DNA of 64,000 nucleotides from Scenedesmus sp. PABB004. Taxonomy: Eukaryota. The notes beneath the pieces are model-generated. The model searched no databases and had not been told where the DNA came from. It worked only from the letters and a program-made list of their open reading frames with translations. A program made the position numbers and the translations under genes. Positions 12,879 through 23,812 of the stretch are shown here, piece after piece (the stretch's first letter is position 1; each line of letters begins with the position of its first letter). Location of the stretch: NCBI GenBank assembly GCA_014905635.1, contig JABVCE010000013.1, forward strand, positions 868,001 through 932,000, read 5' to 3'.

Positions 12879-13902
12879 TCACTTCTTGCCCTTGCCCTTG
12901 CCCTTGGCCTCCTGCTCCACCAGGTAGGTGGTGGCGCACTTGCCGCAGTACACGCGGTCAAAGTGGGTCGCCATGAAGATGCCGGGGCCGCACTGCGGGC
13001 ACTGCTTCCGCAGGCGCGACACCTTGCCGGAGTCGTCGACCTGCGCAGGCGCGCGGCACCGCGGGCGCGGCGGCGTGAGCAGCAGCGGCCCGCACGCGCG
13101 CGGCCAGCGCCCCGCGCGACCGTCGACGGCGGCAGCGCGCCGCCCGCGGCCGCCCGCCGCCCGCCGCGCCCGCCCGCCGCCGCGCCCGCCGCCGCCGCGG
13201 CCGCCGCAGCCGGCCCGCCGCGCCCGCGGGTCACCTTGTAGAACTTGAGCACCCGGAGCTTGATCTTCTTGTGCTTGTGCTTCTGCTTCTTGGGCTTGGT
13301 GTAGGTCTTCTTCTTGCGCTTCTTGCCGCCACCGAGCAGACGGCCGAGGATGTAGAGCGTCTGCTCCTCCTCCACGCCGGCGAGGCTCAGCAGCTCGCTG
13401 TCGGCGAGGGGCTTGCCGTTGAACACGGCATACAGGCCCTCCGCCGGCACGCCTGCGCGGGCAGCGGGGCGGCGGAGCAGCGGCGGCGGGCCGAGGTGAG
13501 CGCGCCGCCGCCGGGCGCTGCAGCCGGACGCGCTGCATGCCGAGCAGCAGGGGCGCCGAGCCGCCCGCTGCCGCCGGCCGCAAGGGGCCGGCGCTGCTGC
13601 TGCTCCGCCGCCGCCGCGCGCCGCGCCGCGCCGGCGCCGCACCCTCGCGGGCGTGCACGAGCTCCTTCACATCGGCGACGGTGGCGCCGGCGCCCACCTC
13701 AAAGAGGTGGGTCGCGCCTGCGCGTGATCGGCGGGGGCGGCGCAGCGCGGGGCGGGCGCGCGGATGGCGGGCCGTCAGCGCGCGCCGGCCGCCGCGGCGG
13801 GCCGCACGGCGCCCGCGGCCGCTCCAGAAGCGCGGGGGCCCGGCCCCGGCGCCCCACCGCGCGCCGGCCGCCGCCCGCACCCGCTTTCACGAAAATCTGC
13901 AT
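12879..13902 (-). CDS. RPS27A: Ubiquitin-like domain fused to 40S ribosomal protein eS31/S27a, 3 introns
   Basis: The spliced protein is [15 protein letters not shown]...YILGRLLGG followed by [14 protein letters not shown]...[40 protein letters not shown], which is the S27a zinc ribbon. Confidence 0.96.
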
Positions 13903-14255
13903 GCTGCCCACGGTGCTCAGCAGAGGCGAAACGCCTGTGCCTTCCTCACGCCGTGTCGCTCACGCCGTGGAGAGGGCGGGCGCGGCGGCGGCGCGCGGGC
14001 AAGAGCGCGATGCCGGCGCGTCTGGGAGCCAAAACCGCGCGGGGGCTGCCAAATGCGGCGTTGCGCGGCGCGAGTGACGGCCAGGAGCGCCATCAGGCCC
14101 CAGCCGGGCGCGCACGGGCCAGAGGGGGCACGCGCCGCGGAGTTGCCGCCGCTGCCAGCCGCGCACGCCGCCGGCAGCGCGCGCACACGCTCGGCGCCCC
14201 CCTGCCCCTCCCGTGCCAGCACCAGCACCAGCGGCTCCTGCCCCACACGAGGCAG

Positions 14256-17200
14256 CTACTCCGGCGCCACCGGCGGCACGCGCGTCGCGCGCAGCGCGAA
14301 GCGGAACGCGAGCGCCGCGTCGGCGCGCGCGGCGCGGTAGGGCGACCACATGACGTAGTTGGTGCCCCACACGTTGTTGGCCAGGTTGAACGCCACGCCC
14401 GACCCCAGGTCGGGCGGGAAGGCGCCGTTGGGAAACGGGTTGGCCGCGCCCGGGCTCACGAGCGGCGCGTCCCAGCTCAGCACCTGCAGCGCCTCGCGCC
14501 CGTCGGCGCTGCGCACGCTCACGCCGGCGTCGCCGACGGCGTGCATCGACTGGCTGCCGTTGGTCAGCACAGCGCCAGGGTCGACGGCGCCGCCGAGCTT
14601 GTGCAGGCGCCACGAGGACGCGTCGGCGCCGCCCGGCCCGGGCGCGAAGCGCAGCCAGAGCGCCTCGGGCAGCCGCGTGGCCGTCTTGCCCTGCCACACC
14701 ACGGCCAGCCCGAGGTCGCCGGCGCGCGGCCCCGCCGCGCCGCCGCCGCCGCCGCCACCTGGCGCGCCGCCCGGCACGCTGCCGCCATCGTCGCCGGGGC
14801 AGGTGATCAGCGTCCAGGCGGCGCGCGGCGCGCCGACGCGGCGCACGAGCTCGGCGGGGAAGCTGTGGCGCAGCGCCAGCTGGCGCAGCGCGCCCGAGGG
14901 CTCGCGGGTCTCCAGCACCTCCTCCAGCTTGGCCTGGGCGCGCGGGAAGGCGCGGGTCGCGAGCGCGCGTGAGCCGCGGCGCTCGTTCGCGGCCGTGGCC
15001 CTCGGACGCGTGGCGCGGCGCGGCAGCGGCGCGCGCGCACCGCGGCGTGCTCCTCCCGGTCCCACGCGGCGCTGCTGTTGACCTTGCCAAAGTCCAGGGG
15101 GTACCACCTGGCGCGCGGCGGCAGCGCCGACGGCAGCCACGCAGCTCGCGCGGCCAGCGCGGCCAGCGCGGCCAGCGCGGCCAGCGCGGCCAGCGCGGGG
15201 CGGGCGGCCCGGCGCGCGCCGCGCGGCGCCGCAGCGCGCGCACCACGGCAGCGGCAGCTGCCAGCTGTAGTGCCGCCAGACAAAGTCGTAGCTCGCCTCG
15301 CAGTAGGCGCTGTAGCGGAGCTGCCCCAGCAGCCCGCCGCGCGCGGCCCAGTCGGCGCCGGGCGCGCGCGCCGCGCCGTGCAGCTTGACGAGCGACGAGA
15401 GCCCGCCTGCGCCGGCGGGGCGCGGGCGCAGCGCGCGCGTCGGCACGCGGCGCGGGCCGCCGGCGACGCCCCAGGCGCGTGCCCACGCGCACGCACCTTG
15501 GGCCTCGTCCAGCTCGAAGCGCCAGCTGCCGCAGGTGTACTGCGTCACGCCGCCGACCGCTGACCGGGGGCGCCGCCGCTCCTCCCGCCGCCGCCGCCGC
15601 TCCTCCTCCTCCTCCTCCGCTGACGAGCCGGCGCCACGCCCGGGGCTGGCCGCCAGGCGGCGCCGCCGGCTGGCCGCGACGGCCCCCGCCCCGGGCTGCG
15701 CCCCCGCGGCGCGCCGCCGGCTCGCGCCGGCCGCCAGCAGGCCGGCCGCGCTGGTCGCCGCCAGCCGGCGCCGCTCCGCCGCGTCGGCCTCGAACGCCGC
15801 CCGCACCGGGTGCGCGGGCGGCAGCGCCTGCAGCGCCCAGTCGATGTACGCCGCCTGCCGGTCCCAGCTGTGCAGCACGCGCTCGTAGTTGGGGCACAGC
15901 GCAGCGCGCAGCGGCACGCCGTCGCCGCCGTCGCCGTCGCCGGCCGCGCCGGAGGCCGCGTCGGGCGGGAGGCAGGCGTGGAAGTCGGGGTTTGAATAGT
16001 TCACAAAATCAGCGAGCGTTTTCTTGATGTCGACGCCCCTGCCGTCCGGGGCGCGGCGGCCGGCCCAGGCGTTGTGCGCGAGGCGGCCCGCGGCGCGCGG
16101 CGGGCGGCGGGCAGCGCTCGGCGCGGCGCCTCACCACGTGTGCTCTGGGACTTTCAGCAGCAGCCGCGTGAAATTGGCAAACGCAGCGCCCTGCAGCGGC
16201 GCCGCGGCATGGGCGTGGGCGGCACGCGCGGCACGTGCGCGCAGGCGTGGGCGCTGGGCCACGCCCGCGCCGCACCTCGGAGGGGCACGCGGGGTCGGCG
16301 AGGCACGCGGCGCGCGCGCGGCTGGCCGCCCGAAAGTCTGCGGTCTTGGCCGGGTCGCTCGCGACGCCGTTGATCCAGGTGTCGCCCACCTCGCCTGCGG
16401 CCGCCGCGGCGGCGGCGGGCGGCGGCAGCGGCGTGGCACCCGCGCTCAGCGCGCGCTCAGCGGCACGGCGCACGCGCGTGGGTGCCCAGAGCGGCGGCGG
16501 GGGGCGCGCGGCAAGCGCGCCGCGCACCCGTGACGACCGTGAGGTTGAGCGTCGGCGCCGCGGCGAGCACGGCGTCGACAAACGCGTCAAAGCTGCTCGC
16601 CGCGACGCGCGCGCCCGGCCACTCGGCGCGCAGCAGGTCGTACACGCGAAGCGGCTCCAGCACCGTCAGCGGCGGCCCTGTGCGCCGGCGCGCGGCGGTG
16701 CGGCCTCCGCGCCTGCAGCGCCGCGCTGGAGCAGCCCCGCCCCGCGCGGCGCGGCGCGGCGCGCGGCGCGGCGTGCGGCGCGCCCGCGTTGTCGTTGCGC
16801 CACGACGTGCACAGCACGTGCTCCAGCCCCGGCGCCTGGATGCACTGCTCCGGCGGGTCGAGGTTGACGTCGTTCTCCCGCACGCCGCCGTAGCCGCCTG
16901 GGTTTGAGGTTCAGGGCGGCGGCGGTGGCGGCCAGCAGCACATGTCGGCGGCGGCCGCCGCGGAGGGGCTGGCCCCGGCACGGGGCCCCGCCTGCGCGGC
17001 GCGCGGCCGTGGCGCCGCGCACCCGGGCGCCAGAAGGCGAGCAGCTGCGTGCCGGAGGCCTCGTCGCGCCAGATAAAGGGGGTGAACTGGGGCACGCCAG
17101 GCGGCGCGGAGCCTGGCGGGGGCGGCGGGCGGCGCGCGTTCGATCGCACGCGCCAGGGCGCGGCCGCGCGGCAGGCGGCGGGGCTGGGCGGCGGGGCTGG

Positions 17201-18216
17201 GCGGCGCACCAGGGTTCACGCCGACCGACACCGCCCGCACGCCGCTCGCCACGAGCAGCGGGATCGCCGAACGCGTGAGGCCCGGCACGTCGCGCTGCGG
17301 CGGGCGCGCCGGGCGGGCGCGTCGCGCGGCGGCCGGCGCGCGGGCGGGCGGCCGGGCCCGCGCGCCGCCCGCTGCGGCGGCGGCGGCGGTGCACGTCGCC
17401 GGCGCACCAGCACGACGGTGCGCTTGGGGGGCAGGCCGAAGCGCGCGTCGAGGCCGTGCACGAGCGCCGTCGCGGCGGACAGCAGGGAGGCGTCGTACAG
17501 CTCATACTGTGCGTTGTGGGGGTGCGCGTGCCACGTGATCGCGCCCGACGCGACGCCGCGCAGCACCTGCGCGACGTGTGCCGCGCCGCGCCGGGCGGCG
17601 CGTGACGCGGCGGGCGGCGCGCGGCGGCGGCGGGCGCGGCGGCGGCGGTCGGCACCTTTGCGCGCAGCGCGGGCCCCGGGCAGGCGAGGCCCATGCCGGG
17701 CGGGCAGTCGAGGAAAAGGGAGAGCAGGTAGGCGTGTGTGGTGAAGACAAAGCTGGCGGCGCGGCGCGCGGCGGGGAGGGAAGGAGGGAGGGTGGCGCGC
17801 GGCGCTGGGGGGCCGCCGCCGCCGCTGGGCTCTGCTCCGCCGCGCGGCCTGGCCCCGCGCAGGCGGCGGCCAGCGCCCACCGGTCGCGGCCCGGGCTGAC
17901 GCGCTGCATCCAGTCCGCGACGTCGACCTGCGGCGCGCGCGCGGGGCCGCGCGGTGTGGGCTGGGCTGGTCCCCGCGCCGCCGCTGGCGCACGCGCGACG
18001 CCGCCGCCGGCGCCTCCGACCGACCGCGCGGGGGAGGTAGTCCTGGAAATATACGTTGAGCACGTTGCTGTCGTAGCCGGTGCGGTAGATGTTGTCAAAG
18101 CCGATGTCCAGGTGGTTGCCAAACACCACGTGCACCTGCTGCTGCTGCGGCGCCGCCGCCGCGGCGAGCGCGAGCAGCGGCAGCAGCAGCGCGCGGCCGC
18201 CGCCGCGGCGGCGCAT
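14256..18216 (-). CDS. Secreted DUF5054 / GH38-N-like carbohydrate-active protein, about 12 introns
   Basis: Signal peptide (ALLLPLLALAAAA), VHVVFGNHLDIGF, ITWHAHPHN, RDVPGLTRSAIPLL, DNAGPP, EVGDTWINGVASDP, KVPEHTWG, KTATRLPEALW and FNLANNVWGTNYVMW. The family assignment is recalled from motifs and was not searched. Confidence 0.78.
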
Positions 18217-18493
18217 CGCGTCCGGCGGTTGCGTGGCGAGTCAGGGTGTCGGTGGCGTGAGAGTGGGGCTGCGGGCGGGGCGCGTGGAAGGGGCGCCGCC
18301 GGCAGCTGTCACGCTCGAACCCCGCGCCGGGCGGCGCCGCCCCTGTTCACGCCGGCTCCACGGATCCGTCCCAGAGCTCTCCCTGGGTGTCGTGCGTCCG
18401 AATCTGCACGAGCTGCCGGGCATGTGGCGCTAGGCGGAGCGGCCAGGCCGGCGAGCAGCGGCGCCGGCGCGTGCGGAGCAGCTCCCCCCGGCG

Positions 18494-21400
18494 ATGGCCT
18501 CACGGCAGGGGCCGCCGGCGCGGCTGGGGATGCGCTGTGCCGTCGCCGTTCTCGTCGCCGCGCTGGCAGCCCGCGGACGGCTAGGTGAGAGCTGCCGCGC
18601 GCGGCAGCTGCCGCGCGCGGCAGCGGAGCGCTGACTCCGGCGCTCAAGCTCCCCGCCCCGCCGCCGCAGCCGCGTCGTCGTGCACGCCGCCGCCCGGCGC
18701 GCCGCCGGGCTGGCTCGACGCGGCGACGCCGCCCGAGGCCTGCACGCGCCGCGTGTGCACGGGGCCCGCGGCGGCGTGCGGCCGCGCGTCGCCGCCGGGC
18801 GGCGCGTTCAGCGAGCTGGCGCTCGTCTTCTCCGACGAGTTTGAGAGCCCGCGGCGCCGCTTCGAGGGCCAGGCCGGCGACAAGCGCTGGACGGCGATGG
18901 ACTTGTACTACTCATCAGACTACCGAGAGTGGTGCGGCGGGCGGCGACGGGTGTGCGCGGCACTTGACGCAGCGCCGCGTGAAGGGCGGGGCGGGGCGGG
19001 CCGCGCCGTGTGCGCAGCCGGGCGGCCGTTCGGCGCGCGCCCGGCGACCCGCGCGCCGCCCGCCGCCTGGCGCGCAGGCAGGCGTACAAGCCGGACAAGG
19101 TGGCCGTGGCTGACGGCGCGCTGCGCCTCACCCTCGCGCGCGAGAACAGCACCGGTGCGCGCGGCGGGCAGCGCGTGCGCGTGCGGGGCCGCCAGCGGCT
19201 CCCACGACCGTCGCCGCCGCCGCCCCCGACCGCCGCTGCCAGCGGTGCTGAACAGCGTCAACGGCTCGAAGCTCGTCGATGCAAACATGACCTCAGGCAT
19301 GGTTCAGAGCTGGAACAAGTTCTGCTTCACGGGTGAAACGCCGCCGCCGCGCGGTCGCCGTTGCTGGCTTGGCCTGCCGCGAGCCGCGCCGCGCCTGTGC
19401 AGGTGGCTACGTTGAGTTCGGCATCCAGCTCCCCGGCAACGCCGTCGACAGTGGGCTCTGGGCGGCCGCGTGGCTGCAGGGCAACCTCGGGCGCCCGGGG
19501 TACCTGCGGTGCGGCCGCCGTTGCGGCCGCCGCTGCGGCCGCCGCCGCCCGGCGCGCGCTGAGCCGCCGCCCGCGCGCGCGCTCCGCCCGCGCGCAGGAG
19601 CACCGCGGGGCGCTGGCCCTACTCCTACGACACCTGCGAGGGGAGCGGCCCGCTCGAGTGGTCGGTCGGGCAGCCGGGGCAGCGCACGAGCGCATGCGGC
19701 GGGCGGCGCGGTGCGCGCGCGCAGGGCCGGCGCGCACGCGCCGGGGGCCGCCGCCGGCCGCCCCCCGCGCACCGAGCACCGACGTGCGGCGACCTGGAAT
19801 CAACGCCCGCCCGCAGGTCGTGGCGCGCCTGAGATTGACGTCCTTGAATATGGCATCTTCCCTGTCCCCGGCGCCGACGCGCCGCAGCCGACGTTTGTGC
19901 ACACGATGCAGGCGCGCGCAGCCGCGAGCACGGGGCGGAAGAGCCGCGCACGCCGCGCGCCGCGCCCGCGCGGCGGCGGCGCCGAGCGCGCGCGCCGCCC
20001 GCGCCCGCGCCGCGCCACGCAGATGGCGCCGGTCGCGCCGCCGTTCACCAGCTGGATGCTGGCGCAGCCGCCGGGGTCGGGCGCCATCCCCGGCGTCAGC
20101 CTGCCCGGTGCAGCCGACCCCGCGGCGCGGACCTATCTTGGCAACACGTACGGCGAGCTCAGCCGCCCGGGCTTCCCCCGCACCGGTGCGTGCTGCGGCG
20201 CGCATGCCACGCGCCGCGCGGCCCCGCCTGCGCGCCTGGCGCGCCACCCGCCACCCGCGCCGCCGCCCGCCACCCGCGCCGCCGCCGCGCCGCCGCAGGC
20301 AACAACCTGACCGACACCTACACCGCCAGCAGCCTGCTCGGGCAGCAGCATTTCACGGCGGCGCACGCGTACGGCGTGCTGTGGGAGCCGGGGGAGCGCG
20401 TGCGCTGGTACCTGGACGGCCGGCTGCTGTTTGAGGTCACCAAGGAGGCGCTGCGCGCGCAGGCGCGTCTCGCCGCCGCGCCCGGGGCCGCGCCGCGCAG
20501 CCCCGCGCAGCCCTGCGCCGCCGCCCGGCGGCCCGCTGGTCCCGGTGCTGGCGCCGACGCGCCGCGCCGGCTCGCGGCGGGCGCAGGCCAACGACGCGGG
20601 GCAGGCGGTCGCTGCGCGGCTGATCCCGGTGGAGGCGATGTCGCTCGTGATCAACCTGGCCATGGCCGACTCGAGCTGGTGCGGCGGACGAGCGCGCCGC
20701 GGTCGGCCGCGCGCCGCGCTGCGCCGGGCGGCCCTGCCGAGCCGCCGCGCCCTGCTCGCCGGCGCGTGGCGCAGGTCCCGCGTGAGCGACGCGCTGCTCG
20801 CGTCGCTCGAGGCGGCGCCGGCGGTGATGAGCGTGGACTATGTCCGCGTGTGGCAGCGCCCCGGCAGCGTCAACGTGGGCTGCGACCCCCCGGGCTTCCC
20901 CACCGCCCAGGAGATCGCGTGCCACCGGTGCGGCGCGGCGCGGCAAGCGGGCAGGCAGGCGCGCGGCAGTGCGCGCTGGGAGTCATTGATCGCGGCGCGC
21001 CCGCCGCCGCGCCGGCGGCAGGGACGAGTACCTGGGCCCGAGCGATGAGGGCCTGTGGGCGCTGGGCGCGTGCAACAGCATCACCAGCCCGGTGCGCGGA
21101 GGCCGCGGCGCCGGCGCGACGGCCGCGGCGCCGGCGCGACGGCCGCGGCGCCGGCGCGACGGCCGCGGCGCCGGCGCGACGGCCGCGGCGCACGCGCGCG
21201 CGCGGCCCCGGGGCACCCACACCCGCCGCCGCCGGGCGCCGCCGCCGGGGGCTTGCAGGACAACAGCGTGCTGATGGGCGTGGGCGTCGCGGTGGGCGTG
21301 ATCGGGCTCTCCATTGCGGCGCTCTCGCACACCATGCGCCGAGCGGCGGCGGCGGCCAAGGCGGGCCGCGCGGGCGCGGAGTGGGCCGACCAGCGCGCCG

Positions 21401-21531
21401 CGCGCGAGGCGGGCGCGAAGCCGGGCTACTTTGACGCCGCCGCGGGCGGCGCCGACGCGGCGGCCGCGCAGCTGCTGGCCGCGCGCCCGGACCTCATTGC
21501 GGTCGCGGCGGCGCGGTCCGCCGGCGCGTGA
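18494..21531 (+). CDS. KRE6/SKN1-type GH16 beta-glucan transglycosylase-like protein, about 12 introns
   Basis: Signal-peptide-like start, LVFSDEF, SGMVQSWNKFCFTGG, GNLGRPGY, WPYSYDTC, GRGAPEIDVLE (intact GH16 ExDxxE), MSVDYVRVWQ, NVGCDPPGFPT and a C-terminal TM helix (VLMGVGVAVGVIGLSIAAL). Confidence 0.9.
21101..21190. repeat. Intronic tandem repeat of the 20-mer GGCCGCGGCGCCGGCGCGAC, about 4.5 copies
   Basis: Exact repeats are visible in the last intron of the GH16 gene. Confidence 0.9.
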
Positions 21532-21602
21532 CGGCGGCGGCGCTGAGACGCGCCCCCCGCGCTCGCCGCTCGTGGTGCGGGCGGCGGTCGAGCGACGAGT
21601 CG

Positions 21603-21607
21603 TGTAA
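21603..21607 (+). promoter_or_regulatory. TGTAA chlorophyte polyadenylation signal (also at 40755, 48586 and 55991)
   Basis: TGTAA occurs shortly downstream of the stop codons of four + strand genes in otherwise AT-poor DNA. UGUAA is the established green-algal poly(A) signal. Confidence 0.7.
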
Positions 21608-21682
21608 AGCTGTACAGGGGGGTGGGCCGAGCACACAGCCGGGCGGGGCGGTCCGCCCGGGAGCGGCGCAGCGGCGCCGACC

Positions 21683-23447
21683 ATGCCGGCCGGCCAGGAG
21701 GAGGCGCAGCAGCAGGCGAAGCTGTTAAAGCGCGCCAGCATCGTGAGGGCCGCGTCCACAGACGCCACCAGGCCGGCTGGGGCCCGCGGCGACCCGCACG
21801 CCGCCGGTCACTGCTCGCACCCGCTGCTCGCGCCGCGCCGCAGCTGGCAGCATGTCTGCGCACCTTCGTCGCCTCCCTGTCAGCTGCTCTGGTGGCGGTG
21901 GCGCCGGCGGCACCGCAGGCCGGCGCGGCAGTCAAGTTCGGCGGTGGCGCTGCCAAGGGCGGCGCGCGGCCGCCCGCCAAGGCTGCCAAGCCCGCCAAGG
22001 CCAAGGCCGTCAAGCAGCTCGCCAAGCCCAGGGACCCCGTGGCTGAGGCGTGGGGCTTGCTGCTGGCTGATCTGGACGAGCGCATCAACAAGACGAAGCG
22101 GTGTGCGGGGCTGGTTCGTCGGCGCTGGTCGGTGGCGCCTGGGTCTGCAGGCCGTCGTTGGCAGAGACCCCGCGCCCGCGCGCAGGTGCTGCCAGGAGGA
22201 CCTGTACCGCGCCGTTGCCGCGCTCGACGCCAGGGAACGCAGGGTGAGAGCGCGGCGCCAGCCAGCCGGCTGGCCACCGGCCCGTAGCGCTGCAGCGCCG
22301 CCCGCTCAGCAGCCGCCCGACGGCGGCCGCGGCCCGCAGGCGCTCGCCGGCGCGGCAGCCGCCGCACGCTGCGCTGCGCCGCACAGTGGGGGCAAGCCGC
22401 TGAGCGACGCGGCGCTCGCGCTGCGCGCGGCCGTGGTCGCGGCCGCCGCCGCGCACACTCTCGGCGAGGCGCCGGTGCCTGACGCCACGCGCGGGGCTGC
22501 TGCCTTCCGCGAGCTCGGCCTGCCGGCGGACGCGGCGCTGGAGGCGGGTGAGCCGGCCGCGGGCGGGAGCTGGGGCCGTGCCCGGCCGGCGGCGGCGCGC
22601 GGCGCAGGCTGACTGACGCCGACGACCGGCGCCGCTGCGGTGCACCAGGCTTCACGGTCGCGCAGCTGCTGGCGCCGGCGGCCGGGCTGTACACCGCGGC
22701 GGAGCTGGTCGGCAGCGCCGTGCCCGACCTGCGCCACCTGCGCGCCGGCGGCGTGAGCGTGGCGCAGCTGTTTGCGTCGCCGCGCGCCGCGGCGGCGCTG
22801 ACCGGCGTCGACGGCGCGCGCCGGCTCAGGGCGGCGGGCTTCGGCGCGGTCGAGGTCCAGGCGGGCGCGCCGCCCGGCGCGGTGACGCTGTGGGACCTCC
22901 GCCTCGCAGGTTACGCCCCCTCGCCGGCAGGCCGGGCGCGCACGGCGAGCGGCACCGGCGCGGCCAACGCCGGCGGCGGCGGCGCGGGCACTGGCCGGCA
23001 GCCCCCGGCGCAGCAGGCCGCGGCGCAGCAGGCGCTGCGCGCCGACGGGCCGTGGGATGTGGAGTACTTCCGGCACGCGGTCAAGCCGCTGATGCGCCTC
23101 GCGCCCGGGCGCGACCTGCCGCACCTCCTCCTGGGCACGCGCGTGAGCGCTCGCGCGGCTGGCGTGCGCGGGCGGCGGCGGCGGGCCGGGGCGCTGACGG
23201 GGGAGCTGCCGGCCGCCGTGCGCAGGACCGGCGCGCTGTCGCCGGGCTCGCGGCGGCGCCGGAGGAGGAAGCGCCGGCGCAGGTGCTGCTGGCGGCCAAC
23301 CCGCTGGCGCTGGCGCTGGCGCAGCGCAGGCGCGCGCTCGCGAGCGCGCCGAGCGCGGGCGCGCCGCGGGCAGGCGCGGCCAAGGCCGGCGGCGGCGCGA
23401 GCCGGCTGCGCGCGGTTGCGGGGACCGCTGACGCGCGGGGGCTTTGA
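21683..23447 (+). CDS. Hypothetical protein, multi-exon
   Basis: MPAGQEEAQQQAKLLKRASI|GTGAGG, followed by exons with coding-like usage (LADLDERINKTKR, GFTVAQLL, LRAAGFGA, EYFRHAVKPL) joined by GT-AG introns. No family was recognised. Confidence 0.55.
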
Positions 23448-23812
23448 AAACTTATACCTGCGAGGGCGGCATAAATACGCGCAGCCGCCGCCCGCCGGGC
23501 GACCGCAAAACCTGCCGCGTGGGCGCTAGAACATCCAAGAAGATCGGCCTCCAGCTGCCGACGCAGCGGCAGCCCGGGCCGCCGCGCGTGCAATCACAAT
23601 CACGGCCAACGCCTCTCACACACCACGGGCGCACTCGTCGGGCGGCGGCGCCGCCGCCGTCACGGGGTGCGCTGCTGCTACTGTACACTCCCCACGGGAG
23701 GCGCATGCGACGCACGAGGGGGCCGTGCAGGGGTACACATGGGCACGCGCACGCGGGAGCCCCGCCGCCACCCGCGCACGTCGATAGCACAGGGTGGCGG
23801 GGGCTGGCCGCC

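Noticed and set aside
21101..21190. Regular repeats resembling a CRISPR array
   Set aside because: There are no spacers, the context is a eukaryotic intron, and no cas genes are present.
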